Shown here piece by piece: positions 51,401 to 54,797 of a stretch of 64,000 nucleotides of DNA. This DNA is from a virus (lineage: Duplodnaviria; Caudoviricetes). How positions within the stretch are numbered: position 1 is the first letter of the stretch; every line of letters begins with the position of its first letter. The stretch covers positions 1,494 to 65,493 of the IMG/VR virus record IMGVR_UViG_3300020470_000690; one strand, given 5' to 3'. Under the pieces are notes generated by a model. It was not told the DNA's origin and searched no databases. It was given only the letters and a program-made list of their open reading frames with translations. The position numbers and the translations under genes are program-made.

Positions 51401-51949
51401 ACCACCAATTGAGTAATCAACATCAGGAACCATGCTGACGTTGTAAACAGTAACAGCAAGGTGATCAGCAGAAACTGGTGATACAGGAGTTCCTAAGAAA
51501 TTGAGAGGGAATGTAGTTCTAACTCCATCAAATTCTTGGATTGGGTTTTCTAGCTCTTGTCTTTTCTTATTAAATTCTTCTAATGATAGTCCTGGAGTGA
51601 GGATAGCGTCAGGACCACGAACTGTATTCTCATAGTATATTACTTCATTATCAATCATCACAGATCCATCACGATCCATGAATCCATCAATAGACTCAAC
51701 TTCGATTAATGTATTTGTTGGGTCAACATCCTTAATTAGAACTGTAGTTGATGCTAAGACCTTTTGATCATAGTCATCTAAGTCCAAATAATTGAGAAGA
51801 TTATTTAGAATATTGTATGGACGACCTGTCTTCTCTTGAGACTTGTAGTACTCAAATAAGAAGTTGACAAATTGTTCATCCTCTTGTCTGATAAAGGCGG
51901 GAAGTTGATTCTCGACTCTATCGGAAATATTTACTGTTTTTGCAAACAT
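24491..51949 (-). CDS. gp7: Giant baseplate wedge initiator (gp7-like, 9152 aa), multidomain: split YHYH, beta-propeller, two LamG-like, two CBM-like, seven helical phycobiliprotein-like, 23 nested beta domains, C-terminal Ig-like
   Basis: Uninterrupted ORF after gp6. N-terminal VENQLPAFI...FVNFLFEYYKSQE, IKDFYLAKGT...YLFKILFGE, and KIQDSYFYQNFSYVIKS...W...HPAGF..FG, typical of cyanophage gp7. Confidence 0.85.
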   Translation of the reverse strand: MFAKTVNISDRVENQLPAFIRQEDEQFVNFLFEYYKSQEKTGRPYNILNNLLNYLDLDDYDQKVLASTTVLIKDVDPTNTLIEVESIDGFMDRDGSVMIDNEVIYYENTVRGPDAILTPGLSLEEFNKKRQELENPIQEFDGVRTTFPLNFLGTPVSPVSADHLAVTVYNVSMVPDVDYSIGGSEITFANPPRARIGTDSVGSCQIVYYIGFADSVVKQLTYPNVFDIAGDDSMALSYENLPYSPISEIGLIVNRNGVLQKPYIDYVLTDNNSKIKFFVNITNQDAFHIRSIEYVSAAFGTGAYAVTSVGVNGEIEAINVKNGGKGYKLNFAPKVAITSSTEKGTGAAARTLVAGIKDIKLINGGQGYTSYNPPKVKITQPTDMVNGSGATATITVDDVTGQVDSIKIANSGSGYDFIPAISFVNPSGAIITDPTIDGEGRLNGASITITDGGIGYSNPPTIYIDKAPEGGIDAEADCTVSPDGEVVAVTITNRGRGYLTPPRARVVQPIGAQVLDVTVANGSVTNINLLTGGKGYTDAPSVYIVDDRKGSLGEPIGGTGAEAAATIFNGEITDINIISFGTGYSDTEPPKVYIAEPLSAQASCDVGFGEVTGFSILSSGKEYEPSSLNGCSRGVSDVVTFDKYNNQVYAKESQLSQTNHLAGAVVNNLDSQIISKVFDKFRRQYMPTINIDYTQVNPIQVIKTIKDFYLAKGTKTAAQYLFKILFGEEVDIFYPRDELIKPSDASWVVDTILRAQLISGDPANLTNAQLVQVADPVDQNVKDASVLIENVISIIEGIDVIYELAISEETLSGTFKIPYKTGLVEPLTTTENIITVDSTIGWPEKNGTIIINDQETVQYKEKSLNQFIECTRSKNAVVEDWDPGTVIYSDIFVYANKGTEEEVKLRVLGIAEAGTTVLEDSGSYYLPGDKLNVAALGSTADDERLQSWLYNVKKLISVTSITPGGLNNQTATVVTSNAHGLLVEDKVTIYGANPAVYNGTFEVTARLDDYSFSYSIPTPMTIVPQGNILLSVDLNRGKSSVETIDEVISLFTSNVQNSFFNNDYVYVAASGLPNYKVGPFSGSAMIPGNQRKLLRLPRTVETISTRTSVAPNTPIGAWVNGVSAWSYKSAEFVTYGPLTGINIESGGQDYDAGSKPALEISGGGGTGAAATVTVNGSLDSVAVTAEGTGYTEQPLISIVGGGGSGATAQAVVTNGRVTRILVENPGTGYTAQPTISITGGNGSGALAVASVRGPISAVTLSSTGSGYTSKPTIKLNSGEGALAQPIVINGRIVSIAIINSGDAYTSAPKVYINGDGFGAQATAIIGTIGEDKGKVISISITNKGVGYTQGMTTVRMEAIGQLATFTADVYQWRKNVEYDLASKYDVARGYVFAGFNNQFGGEYAHVSDPKELRYVVGDNVFLNPATQNFQEVPSNIEHSPIIGWAFDGNPIYGPYGYIDPTDQNSGIRRMRSSYTLKPEVVYDIDTNPTPARIDGPDLATYPAGNFVNDYKYTFQQGDLDPYNGRFCKTPDYPAGTYAYFVTIDESDAGLPVFPYVIGPEYNSVVDTWNLSLEAVQENIPADVARFRDPYVNVDIDIDRQPNEESDSFVTEKEGDLLIFEIEDIDGDAIISPAEIANEQAITEEAALQIYDYFPSVSTESRVDIEVDTTTKFENARIDGFVVENAGQSYQVNDTLYFDNTGTDGFGASAIIESVQGRTINGYQKEIINDIPYGKITTATEHELIAQDEIIVNSKVITDNTNKRFYMSVVTGIEDITVTQVGIGYNTQLPPTYEIITSQGQDINFNIVLDETTGKVGEVNIVNSGYGYDEDNPPQIRVSHPQQYKKTYYWLSEYYEAAAKIEVFDIVMATDRYMYVCGELTQTNGDSAAFLAKFTDLGVMVWDRTLLPTASDKVARWKSIYLDETSEENNLLYMIGETESQGTASYNPDILIAKYESGFDNANNPEGIVRWQKEIAGVSGVARRDYAGDIYMDDEQRIYICGWTDTNAVDPYDIWVMQLNNTGDVVEKRKFASNSEGERMEQLHYIGDNKMLWCGVDQDNNDLIFGEMQYDGANIELNYVKRLAISGGDVKRPRFQIDEYNDLFFICDMWNGTKFYGCSFLKIALNQLSTNPTTPEYYFSKTIQPTGTYESINHAGINVDVFGNVSVVTDVKYSDNDLQAVAMSFKYDGTLLQSTNIKDTDDIGFKTRNHVVDNSGDVIIAANKQKPIQTVVNRFDASPISFAGDIAAGAATITNVSNATSLATGDIVSITSGGGTVTLAAGIKVLTATGTTVTLDTNFGGSGTATGAILSAVDFSGLIEDSSKQANVTTTFSDATKVLHNNADYKFGGGSLKFSGGPAYMKHAGAGITTNWTTSVWSLMEASHASNNPKVEMITIDDALGNSIVVTVDGNAASGNLGKIEMTIAPQGGGGSTVSSVGSTYWTTLQDSAFHHWAVVKETPSLGSYTYSVYFDGIQVCTATVATEIGLNDVYIGANKTTPATGNCFLGSIDDLVIEPNAVFTGASFTLPTTQFAITSDDSQINLIKFDRLHDKRGAYSAFPSTVYTKALTFTETSGININNLTNPVITVWAEGSSGLQILDMSDTISTLTPGTYTFTNNTHQFASKTSTVPSPLGVKLKVSAVVIPKYYVRDAGFQKIDNVLEFTFNQDIKFTKGSILQQYNSQGIVQAYGTIVEVPTGTLDYPGLGSKYKIGKMFGNFNDTDLFKNDLGEENIIEDVIFHPERAQAEWLTATAYTVDDQVWSDGKIYKATNTATSGATAPTHEIGNVTDGSVIWQYISAAGPIEVDLRDHPWPTPTEPLWQATKSYALNDLVYFGRQNYKCTTAGVTGSVAPTHTSGTATDGTVVWTWQSQSDAISSYARFRPYDAEDYRVKIVEVYTGSDFIVGDVISLGGSVTTGPKEGDPKIAQINGVSTVKKIEYVVNLDKDIIRSANARTDLIYCQALSAHKFKAADILFVEGFTTAQFNGSFFVEEVFSSRDFTYRMRAAADSEPAFYNNAIFNVKISSKHPTLMLVRNHSYVFDMSDASNLGYFLSFSQDNQFKLEYSFNVIERSGTPGLSSNTETPIVNFTIGGEVTNITYYFDPSRTLSSNSPVGENSFIDVIKTPYDGTFKIGEIISETEFRFPLEIEPEFNNAEIGVDDQDNPNSYYSTTSTKAIGPINTIKLISPGGFYKKLPIISDIASDRKIEKIKINNGGTEYAPGVYTQVPIIGDGEGGLCIITVEIDAETSSGTITDVTLTDPGKGYTFGSIDVDGITGILGSTLSGSGGDLEVVIPDEGSGASVFLTGTEIGKIKTLKNNEFGYGYSHDYTLRPEIAFPVNLQLFNTSILSEIKITDPGAGYTSAPVVVIAGGGGTGADAEAVVKNNRLSEIIVKDPGAGYSSQPSVTLKSEFTYVVNLDLNYLQFNFPHGITTGAAIQFRAEDIGSDVGELPKPSSVGLTSLSSTTTYYAIAGNVAGLESDQLRFALTPADAESGNYITFLTQGNGRQVLLTEVFGGKAEAVVETSRFLESEEVFQGESYDLANAFGTVSTNDGWQIGPKILKVVNPKGVFVEGGKVQGVISRASGIIDNVQIAKGILNIDAITKTSGRFIDDVGKPSEIVQKIQDSYFYQNFSYVIKSQIPINRWKKQILENNHPAGFNMFGQLELTGGKDISGRRIGTEFTKQVNIDEYTNVNQITSFGAAQPIYSTFNNSEVLFRKKRLTNSEEILTSIVKKIDNISDQFDGATKAFNLTVEGEQIIIKENQMLVTLNGVIQSPGEAYQIVGNQIVFAEAPRPDSKVIYRNVDITVLPIKRLNLTQIGGIFPQIGDIITAKFNNVNSSAKVIDTSTSSIDIIEIIGTTFVNNARVDVSRTGFSAFIGSIDDVNQSTIFEFGETVTKVDLGGDTAIVEETNLDLDGNLDSSLVLSKTSGTAEFETGAYNILLNDLIYSASSKIAAKITGISPYRDPVTSINMAAAVAFEEDQIITGGVSGAQAQVVRLDASANPPVLYYVKKNTPDFIDGETVTNQNAVNGVISGDPKVGDVVDTLIINKGSSFFGLVFERLISLTNQNVILDNISETTISPVELNNSANRINADFLDYEEVRSTEIEYNNLSGGTLAVNDVIRSINVTYGNPVTDALNRYKDAARSIRNNRQEIIDFAVSQIAIDYPGFYHTGDNQVAQMGRFKDAYRLIQKNREWIIAKSYDEMITQYPGTTIPSAAKCKRDLGYFIDALSRDTGWGGTVYTRKLCQMFFPDGTTFQYVNSQANEINYGYGKAYDHMVEALTNTLSGSETIDSVSYTKYNEQSTGGSGGSGITADPSPGDNYGTSGSNSTNYGANNCADVTAALNTLWTNVSEVITTASLSDLIDLSQPAAQTTLETKCTRDTGYFIDAIADDLDGDGNYYMVEFVKKFFNTDGVFIGLPETQEAITAFNAAKDLCKNAMRNIMYDQTLNTAGYNLNDPTTYSAPYLDSSSTAHYYDPDYSSGSNQGGTNCANVATAIDTLANIATTSFTGAQFTPTAASYTAATGDLVLTIGSHTLTTNDTVRIEPNSLTFTCAMDGNTANKTYPRSSDPTYNQQIAIDAVGATTITVNVGASPIVNHTVTNATYDPVGGDLVLTIGAHTLAVGESIKIATGSLTFSCDQGGTVGNGSYPRATGANTSDGEDYAYDTAVEITAASETTITVNVNGGQGAVTNTNAHTFVSATPNGIQSGGNYTHTFVSATANSVSEGGGLAYINSLATVTDGTYEEGENIRVYKFAYKDRGGLGFFTPGDTVKGHKSGANFSCKGANSGLRWLYTNTLTGSFQNREYITNSRITNVSGASNVTVTPTNATYDAATGHLTLTVAAHGFSTGNEVSIAANAIKFTCGMDANATQHDYPRLTDPVANNVRLPIIKTTASTFTVNVGSSPLKHYTPTGVDYQPDTGVMAITIGPNNLNVGEKIRFKPQSLVFTCDQDGNQTEHAYPRNSDPFYNTSVNIDSITSSTYSITGASYLPTKGTLNLTIANHGFSNGEMIKIADNSLTFTCANDNNATQHTYPRTTDPASYQWLPISVVDNNTIGVQIGVSPDTSVHTFVSATSNNITKQDGGVIIVQVLSTQPSTNTTLHTFVRGEDAIITGGDYAHTFVSAVPNSFTVYPAKATLTSLDKRSGTNSLLLESQAYLTHDLSDVNAFGTDNFTIEMWIKAKAVTGGQYLFDFRTSGLSETGSLSLYLDGGSIKLAYDNADRISGSHGISAGTWTHVAVSKTSGITKLWVGGVQVGSDYTDTNNYFERKMTIGADQAGANFYQGHIDNFVITKGVSNYTATFTPPVIFSTNDNISFSMSNEHPIIMSDKDVYATFTGTTNSAAAAKKVNYATKEIIIEDVQLSRDEHRKAADMLELNRAWIAETAVNKMKAKYPDLLMPGDTADGVGPQQGTTFCLRDTKEHILKGIIDDIRYGGNYNSTLAARSYLTAYEGLEHIANEVLQSIYTYRELAPICHYVLTTTSTDLENYGVDSDGNPTKFTDILRIPNNFSSPISQAIQDEISALADEVGDIIGPTGQRFRDAGDLIWKNRDVIAAEAVGWLEATYTKDINGTVYDFYTNPNSNPNKCTHEIKTYILPAVIADLVTGGNSAIRNVTAKFMNANSELYSIDNELSAVIDVYNHVAKLCKHAVNNTLVTKGSTAAELGVSSEYQDDYYVNEYTELTVYRDATITIDSEGYNAQRTDNDRLLDAADMLERNANVIAWEAVHTMNDLSKYLNFGVPDGAQNCVDDVLDILNAVAHDLRKGGNSKTWDAANLYLNQEDKSLIQLNGRQHTHQYVRSELDAIYTGGNYGHTFVTAATNAITDNGSGNHTPSNVVYTPGDGNLVITIPNHGLTTANTITIAEESLTFTCSMDDHASKHKYPRKGDPAYGKSIAITSSTISTITVNVGASPIVNYNVSNADYNSVTGDLVMNVGAHTLQPGTSIRFRDGALTFTCDRDDYATEHSYPRQSDPVYNTSVKITDVGVTTSTPTGATYDPNTGIVTITQNGHGFTGESTHTATDAAYNPNTGIMTLTVAGHGFVAGDSVKIAGNSLTFTCNLDGDLSNHTYPRSTDPAYNSWLPVLNVTNNTFDVQVLKEIPSTNVAVHTFVSATASGITKANDYVMLDENALSMSCDTGSGAVTKTYPRPQDPAYKAWLPISNVQLNTFDIQVLTTTPSTNTNAHTFVSFATNGLKRQTGNITVNVGVAPGEDAAAISVLKLTTEMAIMTMRNAFGRENLYIFDPDPAADDDTTPAGGDESLDKVDVESYERNAVKDRFINAADIIERNIRLIAEESIAAALVQYPSLNIPGGNINCVHDLTDFLDAMCWNLRHGGNNKVFHAAEYYVNEGLTHNTEATWITNYARDLAIQVMRNESLALNYGRDPAFDTAIPIVSVASTQHTATDASYDAGTGLLTLTVAGHGFDIGNKINIADNSLTFTCSMDNHYSNHTYPRTTDQTSNQWLPIISKTTDTFTVNVGVSRIKKFTPTAISYEPNTGNLIMTVGVHDLKVGTNLKIEPNSLTFTCAMDNGATNHTYPRITDPVHDEPIEIVGVTDTTVTVNVGTTGITNFDVHDAKFVPNTGVLDINIGAHTFRAGETVKLGTNALTFTCAMDSHATDHAYPRASGPSGPDAGYNTAITIDKIGLDTYDITNAAYTPTTGVMTLTIPSHGFKAQTTHTPTAAAYAPATGVMTISLANHGFQNDDRVKINQFGLVFTCGMDGHTTNHAYPRAYNSSAPGGEDYAYDKWLHVTNVTQNTFDVNVGVSSNQTEHTFVNAVTNCLTHAGDYVRVCTEAIDFKCTKDGNATKHSYPRTSDPVYDEWLPVLNAGTDTFDIQVGVSGPNDNYAHTFAAATDLTPTNAAYDPNTGKMTLTVNDHGMQNGDTIWIEDGAVTFRCGEDSQGSDHAYPRNITDTFTITAATYDAAAGIMECTVANHGFGDGAMVKFAPESIKFTCSMDNYDTTHAYPRHDDPVADKWIPVFNTQTNTFQVHVGQSIEKQWTPTAAAYSPVTGVMDLTIGAHSFRAGETLTPTNADYNPTTGIMRLTIAGHTLTQGEHIKIADNALTFTCTLDGGSAQKTYPRPSTISHTATTGTTHDPQTGILHINTTAAHNLTNGDWVKFADNSLTFTCGLDGDQTNHSYPRADDPMSGKWVQISNATASGFDVQVLNSIPQSNTSTHVFVSATSNGIQTRDPFSGRWMEIREAGTDYIDVKVLTTAPSTNTNPHTFVSAAANCIQTSGDSVRIAANSITFTCNKDSNATNHTYPRAAANAAGGADPVYNGAAKIVAVTDTTISVWVGTSANTTSHTFVSAAANAVTSGGTYTHNFVSADANGLSQQRDWAHNNYIPVSDVTTNTFSVQLLQKIPSTNTTTHVFQSALANSIHRGVIQKQNGWITMNVGTSSNTSWHGFKSADSGALISGGYYAHSFVSASTGAVHTGGDYTHEFVSAVTNGIKRQDPAGIVTLDIGASGPNDQYAHTFVSAASGALITGGNYAHKFVSATDRALVTGGNYEHTFVSAASNSVNVTGGSQLTPTNATYDPLTGHLTLTFGSAHGLQANINTFTLDNNAIQFSCEFDGNTTTHGYPRSTDPASGTTLTIISNTTDTITANIGTTPEVNFNVTNATYDAGTGNLALDIGSNSLQGPTLGLTPTDAAYNPTTGIVTLTINGHGFANGEYVKIADGGLTFSCTQGGGNYSYPRVTDPASGKWLTISNCTANTFDVQVLDTVPSTNTTTHTLVSIATGCVDKAGESVMVRPNSLTFTCQQDNYSTNHTYPRAKDPAFDRPVPIVGKSGSTITIDIGNSPIVTYTPTNATYDPATGYLALTIGAHGLSTGTTCKLAPNSFTFTCTRDGNTAQKTYPRGGHTFAQKFYADLDFYPYNSGDFVITADTNNPKCADVASAITSLMGLYTDAIATPASLTDGTISKTLPNIWPVKYAPDMVMRDVSITFDQNGAMNGDWNTTCVGVADKIEGLMDIVIQTISLASGGGGSHLDAVERELPWRFNNNYQLYTCYNVTSAVDTLFDVLLTTIGGGSVSDKHCARHILFNYHAITAKAFERTQNNHPDTTADITFAENMVTALMYDLNTGGNQGMLKLVNSWFDGEGNFIAFENIVRQHLLFYVTRIREYVKRGLYDYNNDAQWAGYDLYLEPSNTAAISNRFEYEKESTEFTIDSSINLAYHALNRSQAPSTNKIDYTNSADITNVTNLYDEGEDYNTDPELILLTPTIEVGFERRENTVTIHKPNFFSRGDVLAYIPASQDLDPNLQDQTYYYVLNAEADFFEITREKRHDARYRQFALDKNLTGQQRLQTVVRTGINMPAMVAPVRDNNQPISAGFNTADYLVGSTSNASAEVVRTMNNEANIVKLYKKFNVDAASGRFTNGETVQVQGSTSNNGTIVQTSVLTGDGGDEGWIYVEDMTGSFSDNDVLEGVDSGQTNTVNGTSVERMLINTSRGAFKQDEKVFNKGNSAEADIVKYENSAGSLVGNSGGRITIDIETIADDFVDGDVIYGSITDKILDIAYITATGFEELTLNQYVHAESQIECDVNNIIRDGGYAGNFTAGDVVYLLAGTTIKEPGWTAVVTKYQAFDDSVTPNIPHKIWIANLRPYGTNSQGEVVTPDPQDLAAGGTAIGKFENLNNFPIILAEMSSVTVTNYNSYGKVSGKSVTGDSGRIWLEDVVGDFPSNITIKSDAGWYAGVTQSKGLVGRCDRFFRGFDGSQTSFKLTTNNGEAYFPDPAGHLLVFTNGVLQPPGGTQAYTAFSDQIQFTEPPTIGSEFIGYYVGKLRQLDDISFEFDSLRSSFNLRYAGGFYSLTLTEGVSSSTILPENNIIVSLNGVIQEPGVGYELVGSRIIFAEVPRAGSTFVAFSYIGSDADVIAATVVPPIEAGDLLQIDGEGENREVALIESSNSLITFEYTGTVKGRGAEALAEITSGEMTTAIITSPGDGYTSRPNVDVISSSGFDGRIRALMGLLRIDVKTAGVGYAQPEVTIHNTVEDDWTPPEGPAMNGGYDTYAGEGTDSDGNPIVIVDGYITITAQPSNVTVNQGQMAAFTVLATFNLSSDGSVGTTPLNYQWQRKQYGETTWANITGATNSVYTTASAEQADDGDEFRVAITAAGASPVYSNSVILSVQTGATVISNFSPTQIFQ
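28352..32791 (-). repeat. Block of 14 recursively nested ~105-aa beta domains
   Basis: 14 TPTxAxY openers, 14 FxC...YPR cores and 14 HxFVSA-type closing strands counted in the translation; they parse as balanced nesting. Confidence 0.85.
33308..34561 (-). repeat. Block of 4 nested, partly circularly permuted beta domains
   Basis: Starts with two closing strands (HQYVRS, GGNYGHTFVT); 4 openers, 4 YPR cores, 4 closers. Confidence 0.8.
36025..36510 (-). other. LamG/concanavalin-like domain within gp7
   Basis: FGTDNFTIEMWI...WTHVAVSK...LWVGG...FYQGHIDNFVITKG..YTATFTPP. Confidence 0.8.
36545..37470 (-). repeat. Block of 3 nested beta domains (depth 3)
   Basis: Three openers and cores followed by closers HTFVSATS, HTFVRGE, GGDYAHTFVSAV. 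Confidence 0.85.
37765..38405 (-). repeat. Block of 2 nested beta domains
   Basis: Two cores followed by HTFVSATPNGIQS-GGNYTHTFVSATANSV. Confidence 0.85.
43345..43715 (-). other. Two CBM5/12-like (carbohydrate-binding-type) modules within gp7
   Basis: WLTATAYTVDDQV..DGKIYKA...APTH..G..TDG.V.W and WQATKSYALNDLV...NYKC...APTH..G..TDG.V.W. Confidence 0.6.
44370..44920 (-). other. Second LamG-like domain within gp7
   Basis: KFGGGSLKF...NWTTSVW...FHHWAVVK...VYFDG...FLGSIDDLVI...FTGASFTLPT. Confidence 0.7.
45280..46400 (-). other. Beta-propeller-like region within gp7
   Basis: Repeated blades such as D..MYVCGE...AFLAKF...G..VW and D..RIYICGWT...DIWVMQL...G. Confidence 0.6.
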
Positions 51950-51953
51950 CTAT

Positions 51954-54044
51954 CTAGAAGCAGCTCGTGATTTCTGGATACGTAAATGCATCCACTGGAT
52001 ATTCGATAATATTTATTGGGGTTCCACCATAGCTCCAACCACTAAAGTTATTAGGATCGAAGTTACTGACAGTAGTTGGGTTAGTAACAAAATCAATGGG
52101 ATATACTTCTGGATTAAAGATCGTAGGATCAACGCCAGGAGGTATAATGATAGAATCAGTAATAGGATGAACTACTACAGGGATTCTGTTCGTTCCATCA
52201 CCAGTATCTGCTACATTAAGAGGTCCTACACAAACGATACCTTTACTGTAGTCAACAGTACCAATGCTTGAGTTCAGCACAACCTCTTTCTCATTACGAG
52301 TAGCAACTAACAGTAAGTTGCCTTTACCATCGTCTCTGATATTTACAGGAACTAGAACCTCAGTTGTCCTTGTACCAGAAGCGTAAATTACCTCATCTGC
52401 TGGTGTTGCAGTTTCATATGCAGTTTCACCAGAAGCCACTAGATCAGCAAGATTCTCTGTATATCCAGTAGCATAAAACTTACCAGACTTCATAGAAGAG
52501 AACTTAGGTGGACAGGTAGAATCTCCTGCATCGTTACCACCAGTATCACTTGGGTTAGTAATAGGATTACCAAAATCAAGACATTGCGTAAAGATATTAC
52601 CAAAAGTGAATTGATCAAGGTTTTGACCCATAGTAAACTGTGTAGTGCTTCCACTGATAGCATCATCAGAAGCATCAACCATAGAATTAAACTTAGATGC
52701 TTCTATGCGATCACCAAATCTACCATCTCTGTTTTGGGTGTTATATTTGTCAATTGATTTTAAGATTTCCGTTGCCAACTCATTTGCTGATCTAGAAGTC
52801 TCGTTACCGTTAAAGAACGGATAGACTTTAGGTACAACATAGAAGATACGTGGGTCAACGATGACTGGCTCAATTGATGCCATCGAATATTTCAGTAGTT
52901 GGTTCTTAATACGAGTCTTAGTTGTGGTGTTTAAATTTACACCTGACTTAGAACGAACTGCTATGTAAACTTTACCGTAAATAGGTGGATTTAGTTTCTC
53001 ACCACCATAAGCAGTAACCGCAGCTGCCTGTGGATATAAAGAAGATACGATATAAGCATAATCGTCTTCTGTGACTGCTCTGTTCTGCGTTGAGAATGAC
53101 CTAGGAGCACGGAATTTAACAGATAATGCACTTTCTCTCTCAGCACCATCTTCCGAACTGTCTATAGTCCCCAGGGACATGCTGGCAGGGGATATAGGAC
53201 GGTCTGCAGAGTCAACTGCTGACCCAATAAAGGAGAATTTAGTACATCCGTTAGCTGCATCTCCAGCAGTTACAACATACTTGAGTATAATGAACTCATT
53301 ATCAATTAATTTACGTCCTAAAACACCATCTCCGAAGACTACCTTGTATCTGAGGTCTTCAGTTTCCTCTAAAAAGTAGTTTCTAGAGGTGGATGTCAAT
53401 TCTACGACATTTGTGGATAAAGAATACTCGTCAACTTCGACTGATTGCTCTGTTGGTTTAACAGAAACGGTCAAAACCTCAGTATCAACGTTTTCTGCGG
53501 GTATAACAAAGTCCTGTTTCTGTGTATCATCAACAGTATAGTGATATGTAAGCAAATTTCCCTGATATATGATCATTTTAGAGAAAGTTGCCACTCCAGT
53601 ATTCTGATCAACCGATGCTTGAGTGTCTTTTAACAAGCAAAATGGAAATGTGTCTGTATTATTTCTAGAAATGAAGACATCACCCTTCTTAATCGTTACT
53701 GTATCTGGGTATGTTTGTCCTCCAGCAAGTGTTGCACACTGTACAACCATCTGTACACATGCTCTTGCCGCTTTAATTGACTTTGGTGTATAATTTAACT
53801 GCTTTGCAATCCGTACAATGTTATCTCTTACCGTTGCAGATTCCAAAAACGCCTCATTCATCGCCATGTTAGCGTTAAATGCGGTGTAATAAGTGTTATA
53901 TGCTAAAGTATCGATCAGATATGACGCAGAAGATCCCTCAAAATCATAATCTGTAAACTCAGTACGTGTACGCAAGTAAGATTTGATCGATTCCTTGATC
54001 TCATAGAAATCTAGCGAGGTTAATTCTGATGGAATCGCAGGCAT
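51954..54044 (-). CDS. gp6: Baseplate wedge subunit (T4 gp6-like)
   Basis: LDFYEIKESIKSYL...FTDYDFEGS...LAYNTYY...NEAFLESA..R, FGDGVLG, QNRAVTEDDY. Confidence 0.95.
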   Translation of the reverse strand: MPAIPSELTSLDFYEIKESIKSYLRTRTEFTDYDFEGSSASYLIDTLAYNTYYTAFNANMAMNEAFLESATVRDNIVRIAKQLNYTPKSIKAARACVQMVVQCATLAGGQTYPDTVTIKKGDVFISRNNTDTFPFCLLKDTQASVDQNTGVATFSKMIIYQGNLLTYHYTVDDTQKQDFVIPAENVDTEVLTVSVKPTEQSVEVDEYSLSTNVVELTSTSRNYFLEETEDLRYKVVFGDGVLGRKLIDNEFIILKYVVTAGDAANGCTKFSFIGSAVDSADRPISPASMSLGTIDSSEDGAERESALSVKFRAPRSFSTQNRAVTEDDYAYIVSSLYPQAAAVTAYGGEKLNPPIYGKVYIAVRSKSGVNLNTTTKTRIKNQLLKYSMASIEPVIVDPRIFYVVPKVYPFFNGNETSRSANELATEILKSIDKYNTQNRDGRFGDRIEASKFNSMVDASDDAISGSTTQFTMGQNLDQFTFGNIFTQCLDFGNPITNPSDTGGNDAGDSTCPPKFSSMKSGKFYATGYTENLADLVASGETAYETATPADEVIYASGTRTTEVLVPVNIRDDGKGNLLLVATRNEKEVVLNSSIGTVDYSKGIVCVGPLNVADTGDGTNRIPVVVHPITDSIIIPPGVDPTIFNPEVYPIDFVTNPTTVSNFDPNNFSGWSYGGTPINIIEYPVDAFTYPEITSCF

Positions 54045-54045
54045 T

Positions 54046-54468
54046 TTAGGTTCTTTCTAATAGGAACTCGATATTTTGGACTTGTGCTTGACCAACTATC
54101 TTATATTCGACAGAAACATCAATATCATTTGTGATAGATGAACTCTCTGGCGACCTTATTTCTACAGAAACAGTCTCAACACGAGGTTCGAGTCTTTCTA
54201 TAGTATTCTTTATCTCATCCCGAAGATCCTCAGCAAGGAACACATCAAATGGTTCGAATAACATTTGTGTTACTCTAGATCCAATTTCATATTGGAAGGG
54301 TCTTTCACCAAAATTTGTAAGCACTAGGTTTCGAACGGACTGTTTTATGGCATTGTCATTACTGACAGAGCTAAAATCCTTAGTGTTTGGGTTCGCTTTA
54401 AATGAAATAGCGAAATCCTTAAACGCTCTTGAGAAAAATTTCTCTGATCTAAACCTATAGGCAGGCAT
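54046..54468 (-). CDS. gp25: Baseplate wedge subunit (T4 gp25-like)
   Basis: AIKQSVRNLVLTNFGERPF...GS...LFEP...IERLEPRV. Confidence 0.93.
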   Translation of the reverse strand: MPAYRFRSEKFFSRAFKDFAISFKANPNTKDFSSVSNDNAIKQSVRNLVLTNFGERPFQYEIGSRVTQMLFEPFDVFLAEDLRDEIKNTIERLEPRVETVSVEIRSPESSSITNDIDVSVEYKIVGQAQVQNIEFLLERT

Positions 54469-54497
54469 TATTCGTGGTTATTACTCACTTTATCTTT

Positions 54498-54504
54498 TAT
54501 TTAT
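54498..54504 (-). promoter_or_regulatory. Late promoter (ATAAATA) upstream of gp25-gp6-gp7
   Basis: + strand TATTTAT in the gap 30 nt before the gp25 ATG. Confidence 0.7.
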
Positions 54505-54797
54505 CACACTTTGTAGAAAGTATACTTTAAAGTCAGTTCTTCACCCTTCTTAATTGGTCTAATCGTCATCATATGATAGATTTTACCCCACTCTTCTTGC
54601 TTAAACCCCTTAACACAATTAGGATTATCACTATGATTCACAAATCCACCTAAAGGGGTTCTCATTATTTCATCATCCACTACTACATGAGATATGCCAA
54701 GATAGATGTTATCTGGTATATCTGATTTAGCAAAGATACCTTGTCCCGCAATGGGACTATCTTTGATGTGTAAACCGTCTGGTAGTGCCTGGTACAT
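54504..54797 (-). CDS. Minimal SET-domain protein (putative lysine methyltransferase)
   Basis: SPIAGQGIFAK, GFVNHSDNPNC, IRPIKKGEELTLKY (GxG, NHS and EL-x-x-x-Y SET motifs). Confidence 0.88.
   Translation of the reverse strand: MYQALPDGLHIKDSPIAGQGIFAKSDIPDNIYLGISHVVVDDEIMRTPLGGFVNHSDNPNCVKGFKQEEWGKIYHMMTIRPIKKGEELTLKYTFYKV

Noticed and set aside
24491-51949. Inteins or introns as the explanation for the giant ORF and nested inserts
   Set aside because: No C/S...HN-C/S/T splice junctions, no LAGLIDADG or HNH motifs and no frame interruptions at the insertion boundaries.
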